From Deltaproteobacteria bacterium (GTDB taxonomy: Bacteria; Myxococcota_A; Polyangia; JAAYKL01): a stretch of 64,000 nt of DNA. The notes beneath the pieces are model-generated. The model had not been told where the DNA came from. It was given only the letters and a program-made list of their open reading frames with translations, and did no database searches. Below are positions 19,606 through 28,602 of the stretch, piece by piece; the stretch's first letter is position 1; each line of letters opens with the position of its first letter. The DNA is taken from NCBI GenBank assembly GCA_030595125.1, contig JAUVDV010000022.1, forward strand, positions 3,064 through 67,063. The letters run 5' to 3'. The translations under genes were made by a program, and so were the position numbers.

Positions 19606-20913
19606 CTATCGTTCAAACGCGTAGAGCCTCTTGTCGTCGCTTCCCACGTATATGGTGCCGTCACGCCCGATGACAGGTCCGCTGTCCACGTGGTCTCCCG
19701 TCTCGTGTTTCCAGACGAGCTTTCCTTCCGGTGAGAGGCAATAGACGAATCGATCGCGCCCGCCGAAATAGACATATCCCTGCGCGTCCACGAGCGCGCC
19801 CGACTGGATGCCGAAAAAAGCTCCCTCGCCGGGAAGGGTGTGGAATCTCCATTTCTCTTTGCCCCCGGATGCCTCGTAAGCGGCGATAAATGGCTTGTTC
19901 CCGAAGGTCGACGCAAAGACCGTGCCGTCGTGACCGACAGATATTGGTGCCCTGATGGGCGCGCCCACGTCGGTTTCCCAGCGAAGGGCTCCCCCCGGAG
20001 CGACCGCCCGGAGTTTCCCGTCGTCAGAGCCGAAGTAGACCGTCCCGTCGTCGCCGATGGCCGGCGTGCTGTCGTTGTCCTTGCCGGTCTTCATGCTCCA
20101 CAGCACCTTTGCGCTCTGGCTAAGCGCAAAGAAGTAGTTGCCCTGAGTTCCGAAATAGATCGATCCATCGCGACCGATGGCCGGGGAAGAAAAGATCTTC
20201 ACGCGGCCCAGACCTGCCTCGAACACCCACCTCAACCCGCCCGCGAGAGGTCGAAGAGCGAACAGGTTGTTGTGACAACCGAAGACAATCGAGCCGTCCG
20301 ACATCAACGCCGGGGAGGTGTCCACGTCGTATCTGCCCGCCTCCGGCTTGTCGCCCCTCTTTGCGGGCACCGTCGTCTCGAAAACCCACGACTCCTTCCC
20401 GGAAGGCTCGATGGCGACGAGCCTGTCCGCGTCGCTGCCGACGTAGATCGTGCCGTCTCGAGAAATGGACGGGGATGTCCATATCTTGCCACCCGCATCG
20501 TGGGACCAGATTTCCCGACCGTCCTTTGTTGTGACGGCGTAGAGCTTGCTGTCGTGTGACGCCACGTAGATCGTCTTGCCGTCCGGTGTGATTGCTGCGT
20601 CGGCGAAGATCCTGCCCCGCGTTCGAAAAACCCATTTGAGTTTTGATGATCGCGGGCCGACGACATCCGCACGCCCGGTGCGCTGCCCGGTGCCCCGGAA
20701 GGTTGTCCATCCGTCGCTGCCGGCTGTCGAGGAAACCCTGAGCTCTTTTTTTTCGGTGCTTCCGGCGTCGGACGTAGCCGTGATATCGGCGCCCTCGATC
20801 TTCGAGGATTCACTGGCGACGGCGGCGGTCGGTTTGGGATTATTTGAGGTTCCCGAGGATGAGCACGACATTGAAGGCGTGAGCAAAAAGAGCGCGATCA
20901 GGAATGGACGCAT
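19606..20913 (-). CDS. PQQ-repeat beta-propeller lipoprotein (BamB-like fold)
   Basis: Lipobox LTPSMSCSS. About 8 repeats of the DG(T/S)(I/V)Y(V/F)G(S/T)xDxxL(Y/F)A pattern typical of PQQ/BamB propellers. Start overlaps the stop of the upstream TPR gene by 4 nt. Confidence 0.8.
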   Translation of the reverse strand: MRPFLIALFLLTPSMSCSSSGTSNNPKPTAAVASESSKIEGADITATSDAGSTEKKELRVSSTAGSDGWTTFRGTGQRTGRADVVGPRSSKLKWVFRTRGRIFADAAITPDGKTIYVASHDSKLYAVTTKDGREIWSHDAGGKIWTSPSISRDGTIYVGSDADRLVAIEPSGKESWVFETTVPAKRGDKPEAGRYDVDTSPALMSDGSIVFGCHNNLFALRPLAGGLRWVFEAGLGRVKIFSSPAIGRDGSIYFGTQGNYFFALSQSAKVLWSMKTGKDNDSTPAIGDDGTVYFGSDDGKLRAVAPGGALRWETDVGAPIRAPISVGHDGTVFASTFGNKPFIAAYEASGGKEKWRFHTLPGEGAFFGIQSGALVDAQGYVYFGGRDRFVYCLSPEGKLVWKHETGDHVDSGPVIGRDGTIYVGSDDKRLYAFER

Positions 20914-20915
20914 AG

Positions 20916-23423
20916 CTACTGGAGTCCGTCTATTCGATCTACTACGTCGGCGAATCCGGGGTCCTTGTTCAGTATTTTGTTGAACATCTCGAGGGCAGCG
21001 CTCTTGTTGCCCTGAGTCTCATGGGTTTTTCCGAGCTCGTACATTATTGCCATGCGCTCACCTTCGTCGAGCCCGGACTTTTTGAGGCTTTCATTGTAGG
21101 TGCCAATGGCGTCGTCGAATCGGCCGAGGCCGACCAGGCAGATACCGGTCATCATCTCAGCTGAGGCGGCGCGCGCGGGATCCCCCGAGGCTATCTCGAA
21201 CTCCGAGATAGCGTCTTCGAACAACCCCATCTCCTTGTATGCCACGCCGAGATCGTAGTGTGTCGCGTAGTCCGACTGAGAGATCTGTTTTTCCACGCCC
21301 GCCTTGAACTGCGAAAAAACCGCGTCTATCTCGTTGAAGACATCGTCATTGACTACCTCATCATCCAATCCGAGATCTTCCGCGAGAGCATCCAGGTCAA
21401 GAGACGTCTCGCTCGCCGGCTCACCTTCATCCTCCTTGCCTCCCCCTCTCATTTCCGCAGCCAGTTTCAGAACCCTCTTGTCGTTCGGGTGTTCCTCCAG
21501 AAGGACCTCCAGGATGCCTTCCGCTTCCTCTATGAGATCCTGGCTGACAAAGAAATCCAACTCCTCCAGGCTCTCGCTGATATCCGAGAGATCCTCCTGC
21601 GGTTCGATAACCTCGGGGGGCTCTTCCTCAATCGGCCTGGCCACCTTCGGTTTCGCGGGAGGCCTGGAGGGAAGGGTCGGCTGCTGGATGCCCGATGCCT
21701 TCTTCGGCGGAGCGGTTGCCCTCTTCGGCAGAGCGAGCGCCCTCTTCTTCGGCATCTCCAACTCCTCGACGACAAGATCATCACTCACCGGAACCAGATC
21801 ATCGTCCAGATCGGGCTCGGCGATGACATCCTCGTCCTCGAGGTTCAGAATGTCGGTATCATCTTCCTCGGGCCAATCCTCGCCGTCCAGATCGAGTTCG
21901 GAGAATTCGCTCGTGTCAGCAACGTAAGGAATGGCATCGATGGACTGGGGGGCTGCCCCGGGTTGTTCCGTCGGTTCCGGGGAAGAAGGTTTCTCGTCAA
22001 AAGTGAACTCGTCTTCCTCCGGCGCGAGCTGAACATCGAGTTCAGGTTCGGCCTTTGGAAGTCCTTCCGGCATGACGCCGCCGATGTCGGTAATCATCCC
22101 CCGGGCTCTGAGATTGTTGGGGTCGATCTTGAGAACCTGATGCAGGAAAAAGACCGTGCCCTCGGGCTGTTCCTCGATGAACCCCTCCGCGAGAATGAAC
22201 AACTGTTCCAGAGCGTCTTGCTCGTTGCCGGCTTCCAGGTGGATCTCTTTGAGTCGCTCGCGCGCATTGAGGTTGTAGTAATCGATTTCGAAAATGCTGT
22301 TGAAATGATCCCTGGCGCGGTCCACCAGACCGTACTTGAGAAGAACTTCTGCTTCGCTGAGAAGCTTCTCGGCCTTGTCCGCCGCGTTCTCCTCCGAAAG
22401 CACTTCCGGCTCGGTGGCGGCCTTTGCAGCGCCGGCGATGGTTCCGGTCATTGCCTCAGCGGGCGACGGTAAATCGTCGCTTGCCACGGCTCTTTTCTTG
22501 GGAGCGGGCGCGGCCTTTGTAACCGCCTCGGCCTTTGGAACCCCCACGGACGCCATCTTGTTGTTCGGATCGAGTTCGAGCACCTTTTGAAGGATCTTCT
22601 CTCGCTCTGCGGTTTTGTTCTGTTCTGCGAGGAGATTGGCAATCTCCGTGTAGACCGAGATCGCCTTGTCGGGTTGCTTCAGGCCCCGGAAGGCTTCCGC
22701 CAGGAGACCGAGCGTTTGAATATTTCGCGGATCCTTGGAGAAGCATATCTGAAGCTTCGTCAACGCTCTCTTGGGCTTCCCGGTTTCCAGGTAGAGGGCA
22801 GCAACCTCGCGAGCGACGTCGATCAGGGAAGCATCGTGGTAGAGCAATCGTTCCGCAACCTTGATAAAGTCATCGGTCCGCCCTTGCTCCAAGAGTTGAT
22901 CGCATGCGGCAGAGAAGTGCTTCACCGCTTCTTCGGTCTTGCCGTCCTTGGAGTGCTGTTCGGCTATCCGCAACCGGGTGGAGATGTTTTGCGGATCGAT
23001 TTCACCCATTCGCACGAGCACGCGGAGCATACGGTCGGGGTGATCTGTTCTCTGGAACATGTCCGCCAGCTGCTCCAGCTGGATCAGCGCGTCCTGCGAA
23101 AGGCCCAGACTGAGATAAGCGTCCGCGAGCATCTCGTATACGTCGAGGAGCGTGGGATCGAGTTTGAGAACCTGCTTGTAGACAGCGACCGCCTTGAGAT
23201 GAAAATCGCTGTTTCTGTAGTATTCTGCGACCTTGAGGTACGTTTCGGTCGCTTCTTTTCGGGCGCCCATCCTTGTGTAAAGGTCACCCATCTTCAACCA
23301 GGTTCGAATATCGTTGTTGTCAGACTTGAGGATTTTTCGATATTCGAGGATGGCCTTCTCGAACTGCCCCTTAGCGGTGTATTTCTGAGCTTGCGCTGTG
23401 ATTTTGTTTTTGTTGACGGCCAA
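20916..23423 (-). CDS. Large cytoplasmic tetratricopeptide-repeat protein with acidic central region
   Basis: 835 aa, no signal peptide. N-terminal and C-terminal TPR motifs (e.g. AEYYRNSDFHLKAVAVYKQVLKLDP). Central D/E-rich low-complexity region. Confidence 0.8.
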   Translation of the reverse strand: MAVNKNKITAQAQKYTAKGQFEKAILEYRKILKSDNNDIRTWLKMGDLYTRMGARKEATETYLKVAEYYRNSDFHLKAVAVYKQVLKLDPTLLDVYEMLADAYLSLGLSQDALIQLEQLADMFQRTDHPDRMLRVLVRMGEIDPQNISTRLRIAEQHSKDGKTEEAVKHFSAACDQLLEQGRTDDFIKVAERLLYHDASLIDVAREVAALYLETGKPKRALTKLQICFSKDPRNIQTLGLLAEAFRGLKQPDKAISVYTEIANLLAEQNKTAEREKILQKVLELDPNNKMASVGVPKAEAVTKAAPAPKKRAVASDDLPSPAEAMTGTIAGAAKAATEPEVLSEENAADKAEKLLSEAEVLLKYGLVDRARDHFNSIFEIDYYNLNARERLKEIHLEAGNEQDALEQLFILAEGFIEEQPEGTVFFLHQVLKIDPNNLRARGMITDIGGVMPEGLPKAEPELDVQLAPEEDEFTFDEKPSSPEPTEQPGAAPQSIDAIPYVADTSEFSELDLDGEDWPEEDDTDILNLEDEDVIAEPDLDDDLVPVSDDLVVEELEMPKKRALALPKRATAPPKKASGIQQPTLPSRPPAKPKVARPIEEEPPEVIEPQEDLSDISESLEELDFFVSQDLIEEAEGILEVLLEEHPNDKRVLKLAAEMRGGGKEDEGEPASETSLDLDALAEDLGLDDEVVNDDVFNEIDAVFSQFKAGVEKQISQSDYATHYDLGVAYKEMGLFEDAISEFEIASGDPARAASAEMMTGICLVGLGRFDDAIGTYNESLKKSGLDEGERMAIMYELGKTHETQGNKSAALEMFNKILNKDPGFADVVDRIDGLQ

Positions 23424-23645
23424 TTTTAGATCCTGATCTAAGGCACCAATTCAGATTCTTTTCCGGTTCCGGCAACCGGATATCGCTCGAAGGGCAACAT
23501 TCGAAGCCACAGAACGGTAACAATACAGCCGTCTTCACTTACGTCAAGACGCGACGCATATAAAGCTGGCCTCCATCAACTTCCCCTTCCCCTCGCAGGG
23601 GAAGGCCGGGATGGGGTTAAATCTGGCTGCAGGTGTGCGAGAGTG

Positions 23646-24002
23646 TCAGGAGAGTTCGCCATTCAGCTTGGGTGCAAGAACGCGGAGCGAGTAGCGAGTC
23701 TTGCCCAGGTTTCCCTGCGGAGTAATCACCATGGCCACGAAATACTCCTTGTTGATCACCCGCAAGATGGTGGACATCTTTTCCGCGCGGACGGTCACCT
23801 CTTCCATTTCTCCGGATTCGAGCATCTCCGAGGCCTTCTTGACCTCCCTTAGAAGCACCGAGAATTCCATTCCGATGGTTTCGATGTCCGGTTCCTCGTC
23901 GCTGGCGAACTGGGACACCGGGATGCCGTCGAAGCCCATGACGACGGCCGCCTGCCCTCCGCTGATACTCGTCACCATTTCTTTTAACGCTTCATCGAAC
24001 AT
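23646..24002 (-). CDS. Roadblock/LC7-domain protein (MglB-like)
   Basis: 118 aa. Roadblock pattern (GGQAAVVMGFDGIPV ... VAMVITPQGNLGKTRYSLR). No MglA-like GTPase gene nearby. Confidence 0.7.
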   Translation of the reverse strand: MFDEALKEMVTSISGGQAAVVMGFDGIPVSQFASDEEPDIETIGMEFSVLLREVKKASEMLESGEMEEVTVRAEKMSTILRVINKEYFVAMVITPQGNLGKTRYSLRVLAPKLNGELS

Positions 24003-24065
24003 GAGTCTCCTCCAATGCCAGGAATCAAACTCTATGGCGTGGTCGTCCCTCTCGTCAAGGGCGCG

Positions 24066-24704
24066 CTACACTTCGCTGCGCAATTTGACCACGAACGTCG
24101 CCAGTTTTTCTTTTTTCTCAAAGATTTTTTTATAGCTCCAGACGTTCTTTTTCGTCTGGAACGGCCCCACCCTGACCCGATACCACTGACCACCGCGCTC
24201 CGGCATGTTGACGCTCACCAGAAAGGACTTGTGCCCCGCTCGTTTGAGTCTCGATACCATGATGGTAGCCTCGCGCTGATCCTGGAATGATGCCACCTGA
24301 AGGGAATAGGTGCCGGGATCCAGGTCGCTCACCTTCTCCGGAATCGGGCTCTCCTCGTGACGAGGTCGCTCGAGCGCAGTCGGTTCCTCCATGATCACCG
24401 GCAAGATCGGTCCGAGGGAAGCTGGCGTCGGTACGGTTGTCGGCCTGGTATCGAGGGTATCGTGGAAGGACCGAAACTTGACCGCACCCATGTCCGGGGG
24501 AGAAGGCTCCCCCGACTGAATATCCAGCGCGGCCAGTGGATCGTGGCTGTCGCACTTTTCCACGGGCGCGTTTCGTCCGCCAACGAGCACACCCAGCGCG
24601 AACACCAACCCCACCAGTGCCACCGAGCCGAAAAGAAGAAGAGAGACGTACTTGGTTCGTATTTCAATATGATCCTTTTTCTGAAATCGACTCAAATCTT
24701 GCAT
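24066..24704 (-). CDS. SPOR-domain (peptidoglycan-binding, septal) membrane protein
   Basis: Internal start MQDLSRFQKKDH with GGAGAG RBS. One TM (VSLLLFGSVALVGLVFALGVLVGG). C-terminal SPOR signature YSLQVASFQDQREATIMVSRLKRAGHKSFLVSV ... WYRVRVGPF. Confidence 0.75.
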   Translation of the reverse strand: MQDLSRFQKKDHIEIRTKYVSLLLFGSVALVGLVFALGVLVGGRNAPVEKCDSHDPLAALDIQSGEPSPPDMGAVKFRSFHDTLDTRPTTVPTPASLGPILPVIMEEPTALERPRHEESPIPEKVSDLDPGTYSLQVASFQDQREATIMVSRLKRAGHKSFLVSVNMPERGGQWYRVRVGPFQTKKNVWSYKKIFEKKEKLATFVVKLRSEV

Positions 24705-24885
24705 TTTCTTCTCTCCTGCCCCCAATGTCCTACATGTAGGTTCATGTAAACACGTTCCCGGTAGCGTGATCAAGTTTTCGATGAAAGTTTCCGCTTTCCC
24801 TAAAGAGAATTTATGGACTGATTTTCTTTTCGGAGTAACTCATCGCAAGGAGCGTGAAATAATTCTGATTCGGAAGGAACCACAC

Positions 24886-25887
24886 ATGACATTGAAAAAC
24901 TCAAACCTTTTGCTCTTGGTCGTCTTGTCCTTTTGCAGCCTCGGAGCGGATATGAAGGGTTGCGAGGGGATGGAGGGCGATTCACCGTTCGAACTCGAAG
25001 AGGACCGTCCGTTTGACGGCATCGTCAACGGCGAGGAAACGAACTACGAATCCTTCACCGGGGTGATCGGGCTCTATTACTCGCTGGGAACATCCGGAGC
25101 CATGTGCACGGGGACTCTCATTGATCCACGGGTCATCCTCACTGCAGGACATTGCGTCTACGGCCCGAGCGACGGGATAGACGCGACCGCCAATCCCAGC
25201 AATCTCATGATTCTGGGCGGCCCCGATCTGAGCGACCAGGCAAACGTAATCTACTACCCCGATGTGGAGGAGGTCGTGAAACACCCGGAATGGGAGGGGC
25301 AGATTACTTACACCTCGGTAGACCTGGCGATGATAAAGCTCAAAGAACCGCTGACCACCACGGAGATGTACAGGGTACGCGAAACCGACGACTTCGACAC
25401 AGGCACCACCGGCAAGATCGTCGGGTACGGTCTGTCGAGCTCGGCGGATCAGAATAGCTCCGGCATACACCGGATGGGCGACACGCAGGTACAGAACAAG
25501 CTGGAACACTACATCAACCTGGGAGATCCGGCGGGAACGTGCTCGGGCGATTCGGGTGGGCCGTTCTTCACGATGGTGGACGGTTTCTGGCAGGTCACCG
25601 GCGTCACGTCTCTGGGGCTATCCGGCGAATGCGACCCGACCACCGGTAATGTGGACGTGAACGTGGTGATGAAGCGCAGCTGGGTGGACGACACCATGAA
25701 CTCTTTCGTCGGCTACGGTCTGGCGGACGTTCCCCACGATGACGGAACCGATACTGATACTGACGTTGATGGCGGGATCTCCGCCGACGCCGGCTCCGGC
25801 GTCTCCAGCCCCGACGACGGATGCGGGTGCTCGTTGACCGGCGGATCCGGTCATACCGCGAGCCTTCTCACTACGATCTTCGGCTGA
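24886..25887 (+). CDS. Secreted trypsin-like (S1) serine protease with Thr/Asp-rich linker and Cys-Gly-Cys hydrophobic C-terminal tail
   Basis: Signal peptide. Catalytic motifs TAGHC (His), D in DLAMIKL region, GDSGGP (Ser). C-terminus DGTDTDTDVDGG ... DDGCGCSLTGGSGHTASLLTTIFG-stop. Confidence 0.8.
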   Translation: MTLKNSNLLLLVVLSFCSLGADMKGCEGMEGDSPFELEEDRPFDGIVNGEETNYESFTGVIGLYYSLGTSGAMCTGTLIDPRVILTAGHCVYGPSDGIDATANPSNLMILGGPDLSDQANVIYYPDVEEVVKHPEWEGQITYTSVDLAMIKLKEPLTTTEMYRVRETDDFDTGTTGKIVGYGLSSSADQNSSGIHRMGDTQVQNKLEHYINLGDPAGTCSGDSGGPFFTMVDGFWQVTGVTSLGLSGECDPTTGNVDVNVVMKRSWVDDTMNSFVGYGLADVPHDDGTDTDTDVDGGISADAGSGVSSPDDGCGCSLTGGSGHTASLLTTIFG

Positions 25888-26032
25888 GAGCGTGCGGGAA
25901 ATCACCACAACCGAGTAGGCAAATCCGACGAATTCGCCAAATCACCTGATTTCTAAGGTGAAAATTATCTAGGATAAATTCACAATCTTGTTATTATTCA
26001 GCCGTCAAGAGAACGGAAAAAAAGGTGGTAAG

Positions 26033-26164
26033 ATGGTTACTTTGACTTTTGTAGCCCTGATTTTGTTTTTTTTCCTGCTCGATTTTTTCGTGATCCACAA
26101 GCTGGAACATCTCCTGGAAAAAGCGAAAGAGACGCCCGGTGACGACGCGAAGAAGGAGGAGTAG
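26033..26164 (+). CDS. Candidate 43-aa single-TM small protein upstream of the FeS/NrfD/cytochrome operon
   Basis: ATG with AGGTGG RBS. Hydrophobic core VALILFFFLLDFFVI then charged tail. Too short for the ORF track. Its 3' end carries the RBS of the next gene. Confidence 0.3.
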   Translation: MVTLTFVALILFFFLLDFFVIHKLEHLLEKAKETPGDDAKKEE

Positions 26165-26170
26165 GACTTC

Positions 26171-26947
26171 ATGGCAATCAAAAGCTCTGGCCTGCTCATT
26201 GACATAACCCGGTGCATAGGATGCGGGGCCTGCTCGGACGCCTGCAAAGAGATAAACGACCTTCCACCGGAAATCGACGACAAGCTCACGGCCGAGACCT
26301 GGACCGTTGTCCGGGAAAAGGACAATGATCTCCATGTCCGCGATCTCTGCCGCCACTGCGTCGAGCCCGCGTGCGTGGCATCGTGTCTAGTGGCCGCGCT
26401 CACAAAGACCGAGCACGGCCCGGTAATATACGACAAATCCGTCTGCATCGGCTGCCGTTACTGCATGGTCGCCTGCCCGTTCCAGGTTCCGTGTTTCGAG
26501 TGGCATTCCCCCAATCCCCGGATTCGCAAGTGCATCTTGTGTGAGCCGCGCGTGCGCGAAGGAAAGAGCACCGGCTGCGCAGAGGCGTGCCCCACCGAGG
26601 CCACGGTCTTCGGCGATCGCGAGACATTGGTGGAGATGGCAAGAGCGCGAATAAAGGCCGACCCAAAGCGGTATCACGACCATATCTACGGTCTCGATGA
26701 GGTCGGCGGAACCGCCGTGATGTTCCTGTCGCCGGTCCCTTTCGAGGATCTCGATTTCAACACCGACCTGGTCAATTATCCACTATCGGACATCACCTGG
26801 AATATCCTTCGGCAAGTGCCCACTATAGTGGCCGGGGGCGCGGTATTCCTGGGCGCCAGCTACTGGCTGTTCAACAGACGCGAGAAAGTAAAACAGGCCG
26901 AGCAAGTGGTCGGACCAGGGCCCAAAAAGGAGGCGGACGATGTTTAG
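26171..26947 (+). CDS. Periplasmic 4Fe-4S ferredoxin-type subunit (NrfC/HmcB/PsrB-like) with C-terminal TM anchor
   Basis: Four Cys clusters (CIGCGACSDAC, CRHCVEPAC, CIGCRYCMVACP, CILCEPR...CAEACP). C-terminal hydrophobic segment. Confidence 0.85.
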   Translation: MAIKSSGLLIDITRCIGCGACSDACKEINDLPPEIDDKLTAETWTVVREKDNDLHVRDLCRHCVEPACVASCLVAALTKTEHGPVIYDKSVCIGCRYCMVACPFQVPCFEWHSPNPRIRKCILCEPRVREGKSTGCAEACPTEATVFGDRETLVEMARARIKADPKRYHDHIYGLDEVGGTAVMFLSPVPFEDLDFNTDLVNYPLSDITWNILRQVPTIVAGGAVFLGASYWLFNRREKVKQAEQVVGPGPKKEADDV

Positions 26948-28073
26948 ATCGGCCGTCAAATTAATAACGCCGTGGCGCCTGATCATGGCGGCATTCCTGG
27001 CAACCGGCGCGGTGCTCGTGTTTTTCAGGTTCACCCGTGGCCTGGGCTCGATAACCAACCTGAGCGATCAGACGCCCTGGGGCATGTGGGTCGGGTTCGA
27101 TATCCTGGCCGGCATCGGCCTCGCGGCCGGCGGTTTCGTGATGGCGGCTGCGGTCTACGTGTTCAACCTCAAGAAATATCGGCCCATTGTGCGGATGGCA
27201 ATTCTGACCGCGCTGCTGGGCTATATTATCTTCATCGTCGGCCTGATCCTCGAGGTCGGCCGGCCCTGGAACATGTGGCGCGTGATAACCAACCCAAACA
27301 TTCACTCGCCCCTGTACGAAGTCTCCCTGTGCGTGATGGCCTATACCATGGTGCTGTTTCTGGAGTTCTCCCAGGTCTTTTTCGAGAAGTTCGGATGGAA
27401 CCGCCTGATGGCCGTCTTTCACAGATTGAGCGTTATGCTCGTGATCCTGGGCGCACTGATCTCCACGTTGCATCAGTCAACCCTGGGCACGCTGTTCACA
27501 ATTGCGCCGAGCAAAATGCACCCGCTGTGGTACTCGCCGCTCTTGCCCGTTCATTTTTTCCTGTCGTGCATCGCGGCCGGCTTGGGCATGGTCTGCTTCG
27601 AGTCGTTCCTGAGCGAGCGTTTTCTCAAGCACCCGCCCCGAATGGATCTCCTGTCGCGGATCGCGAGGTTCATGGCCGTGATGCTGGTCGCGTACTTCAT
27701 CTTCAGGATAGGGGACCTGGCTGTTCGAGGAGTGATCGGTCTGGCGTTTACAGCCGGCTTTGCAGCGCTCCTCTTCTGGCTGGAAAATCTTCTGTTCGTG
27801 ATTCTCCCCATCATCATGGTGTTCCGCCGGGGTCTCAATATCGGCAGAACATCGCTGTTCATCGTTTCGTTTTCCGTGGTCCTCGGCTTTATCATGCACA
27901 GGTTCAACGTGGCGATCACGAGCTTTCAATTGGTCAAGGACGCCGGCTACTTCCCATCCTGGATGGAGTTCGTGGTAACGGCGTGCCTGATCTCGGCCGG
28001 GTTCATAGCAGCCGGTCTGGCGGTACATTTGCTGCCGGTGCACGGTGGGGAAACAGAGAAGTCCAAAAACTAG
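26940..28073 (+). CDS. NrfD/PsrC/HmcC-family integral membrane quinone-interacting subunit
   Basis: 377 aa, about 8-10 TM helices, N-terminal region typical of the NrfD family. Start overlaps the upstream stop. Confidence 0.85.
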   Translation: MFRSAVKLITPWRLIMAAFLATGAVLVFFRFTRGLGSITNLSDQTPWGMWVGFDILAGIGLAAGGFVMAAAVYVFNLKKYRPIVRMAILTALLGYIIFIVGLILEVGRPWNMWRVITNPNIHSPLYEVSLCVMAYTMVLFLEFSQVFFEKFGWNRLMAVFHRLSVMLVILGALISTLHQSTLGTLFTIAPSKMHPLWYSPLLPVHFFLSCIAAGLGMVCFESFLSERFLKHPPRMDLLSRIARFMAVMLVAYFIFRIGDLAVRGVIGLAFTAGFAALLFWLENLLFVILPIIMVFRRGLNIGRTSLFIVSFSVVLGFIMHRFNVAITSFQLVKDAGYFPSWMEFVVTACLISAGFIAAGLAVHLLPVHGGETEKSKN

Positions 28074-28091
28074 GACAAGGGAGCAATATCG

Positions 28092-28562
28092 ATGAAATTG
28101 GCAAGGATACGCGCAACCCTATCGGCGATAGCGGCTTTCGCGGTGCTCTCTTCCATTGCGATAGCCGGCGACCTGCCAGGCAAGATACAGATCAAGTCGC
28201 TCGAAAACCTCTACGGTCCCGCTGTCTTCGATCACAAGATGCACATCGACACGGCTGACAGTTGCAAGACGTGTCACCACAAGCCTTTCGGCAAGCCCAT
28301 GGGCTGCGGAGATTGCCACGAGGACACGTCCAAACTCGGCGCCTTCAACCACGAACAACACTGGGAATTCGACGACTGCGCGTCCTGCCATCGGGCAAAG
28401 TCGACCCACGAGTTGGCCTGCTCGAGTTGCCATCTGAATCCATACGATAAAAAACAGCTCCACGTTCCGGGCCTCAAGGGCGCGCTTCACGATCAGTGTA
28501 TGGGTTGCCACAAGGAAAACGGAGTTGAAAACTCCTGCACGACCTGCCACGTGAAAAAATAG
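28092..28562 (+). CDS. Periplasmic hexaheme cytochrome c (c3-like)
   Basis: Signal peptide. Six CxxCH motifs (CKTCH, CGDCH, CASCH, CSSCH, CMGCH, CTTCH) in about 130 mature residues. Confidence 0.85.
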   Translation: MKLARIRATLSAIAAFAVLSSIAIAGDLPGKIQIKSLENLYGPAVFDHKMHIDTADSCKTCHHKPFGKPMGCGDCHEDTSKLGAFNHEQHWEFDDCASCHRAKSTHELACSSCHLNPYDKKQLHVPGLKGALHDQCMGCHKENGVENSCTTCHVKK

Positions 28563-28602
28563 TAGGCTCTAAACAGGTCGCAACGATAGGAATGAGGACA
28601 TC

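Noticed and set aside
21258-22472. 404-aa + strand ORF inside the TPR gene
   Set aside because: Antisense shadow. Low-complexity R/L-rich translation.
23584-23604. 9-bp stem hairpin CCTTCCCCT-cgc-AGGGGAAGG between the Roadblock and TPR genes
   Set aside because: No flanking U-run on either strand, so not called a rho-independent terminator. Could still be a regulatory or REP-like hairpin.
26972-28258. 428-aa alternative-frame ORF over the NrfD gene
   Set aside because: Arg/Gly/Pro-rich off-frame product. The NrfD frame gives a coherent polytopic membrane protein.
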